From the human T2T-CHM13v2.0 reference genome, Homo sapiens: a stretch of DNA of 64,000 nucleotides. A program made the position numbers and the translations under genes. Position 1 is the first letter of the stretch. Each line of letters starts with the position of its first letter. Below are positions 62,691 to 64,000 of this stretch, in pieces. Location: the NCBI RefSeq assembly GCF_009914755.1, contig NC_060933.1; one strand, 5' to 3'. The notes under the pieces are model-generated. The model searched no databases. It was not told the origin of the DNA and saw only the letters and a program-made list of their open reading frames with translations.

Positions 62691-64000
62691 TGAGATACCT
62701 TGGATAGCTCTCTGTCTACTCTACCCTCAAAAGGAAGGGATATATCTATGGGCAGTGGGAGTGAAAGGGAGTGCTATGGGGAGAAATTTAATGCAGAGGC
62801 AGAACTTGTCTAGGCCCCTAAAGCTGGGAATTCTGAGAGGCGGTGATGGGTCTGGGACCTGGCATGCTGCATTTCAGGAGCACTGAACTTGTTTCAATGT
62901 CCAGGAGAAGTGGGTTGATAACAGAGAGTGGAATCATCCATGTAACATATTTATTAATAAAACAAGCAGACAAGAGACGCCATCTGAAGCATAGACTTTT
63001 CACCCTGAGCCCTGAGGGAGAGGCTGATGACAGGCTAGACTCTGGCCAGTCCAACACAGATTCTGGCCTCCCCTTCCAGATGCCACAAGACAATTCTGGA
63101 TTATCCACATGGGGATGTCTGGGCCAGAGTGTACAGGCTCACCTCTCAGTTTCTGACCCTATAGCCAGATGCAGACAGTTGCCCTCCTCCTGTCTTTTTC
63201 ATTGCCATGGGCTCTTCAGGCAGCCTCTCTGATGTTCATTAAAACAGTCAGTCTGGCCAGTCTCAAGTCTGAGCTGGGCAGACTGAGATTGATCTCATAA
63301 CAAAGGAGCTGGACACCTGGGCTTGAAACCCCCCTCTCCTCCCTGAATTTGGAATCTCCTTTTCCCCTCTTCCCTTTCCAGCAGACTCCTTAATGATGAA
63401 GAGTGTCTCATCAATTCCCCCATAATTACCTGCTGTGTGTCCTCACGGAGACTGATAAGGAAGTAATTAGGATAGACATGCAGGGATTACAGGAAGGGAA
63501 AAATGTTCTGTTGTCAAGATAATGCCACTTTCCCTCACGCCCTCCCAGACAAATAACTGGGCAGGGTTTGAGGATTGTTAGAGATGGAGAGGCTGGAAAA
63601 GGAGTGAGGTGAACAGAGGTGGAAGAAGAAAGTGGAAATATGCATTTCAGACCTGAAGGGGTCCTTAATAATCATCTAATCCAGGAGTCCCAAACTCAAC
63701 GCTGTCAGTCCCCAGGCAGGTCATATAAGTGCTTGGAGCAGAAGAGATGGAAGAACAGCCATAGTACATGCCTGATGACAAATGACAACTGACACTTGGC
63801 CTTAGGGAGTTACCCTGAGGGAGGGGTGGGGCATTCTCATCCCTTTCAGAAGAGGCCACACAGCGGAGCTTCACAGCACACATTGCCATGCAGGAAGGAA
63901 GCCCAGTTTTGGCAGCTCTTCTAATTTTTCAAGAGAAGCTGGAAATCCAGCTGTTGTGTGAAAATTCTCATTTTTTTCTCACTTTGGAAACTTCTCTGTT

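Overview
Primate, most likely human, genomic DNA. It is AT-rich, CpG-depleted and dense in Alu, MIR, L1, L2, L3, MaLR-LTR and DNA-transposon relics. The only convincing coding sequence is one 188-bp internal exon on the minus strand (29176-29363) encoding EMSGTAADISLVHWRQQWLENGTLYFHVSMSSSGQLAQATAPTLQEPSEIVEEQMHILHISVM, which I recognise as exon 2 of ASTN2 (astrotactin-2). The rest of the window is therefore ASTN2 intron 1 (right of the exon) and intron 2 (left of it). Other features are a full-length THE1C MaLR element in sense orientation, a tailless 7SK retropseudogene, many SINE/LINE/LTR fragments and several repeat-free candidate enhancers. I found no new protein-coding system. The most unusual signal is at least six short segments copied locally from 0.5-3 kb away, both direct and inverted. 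One is a MADE1 (miR-548-type) hairpin whose centre has captured 54 bp from a nearby L1 and whose arms have been re-duplicated. Another is a two-piece inverted duplication that carries a CAG|GTAAGT motif on the ASTN2 strand. There is also a 5'-inverted AluY-like insertion with a perfect target-site duplication (TSD). Repeat subfamily names were assigned by eye and their boundaries are approximate unless a TSD is quoted.
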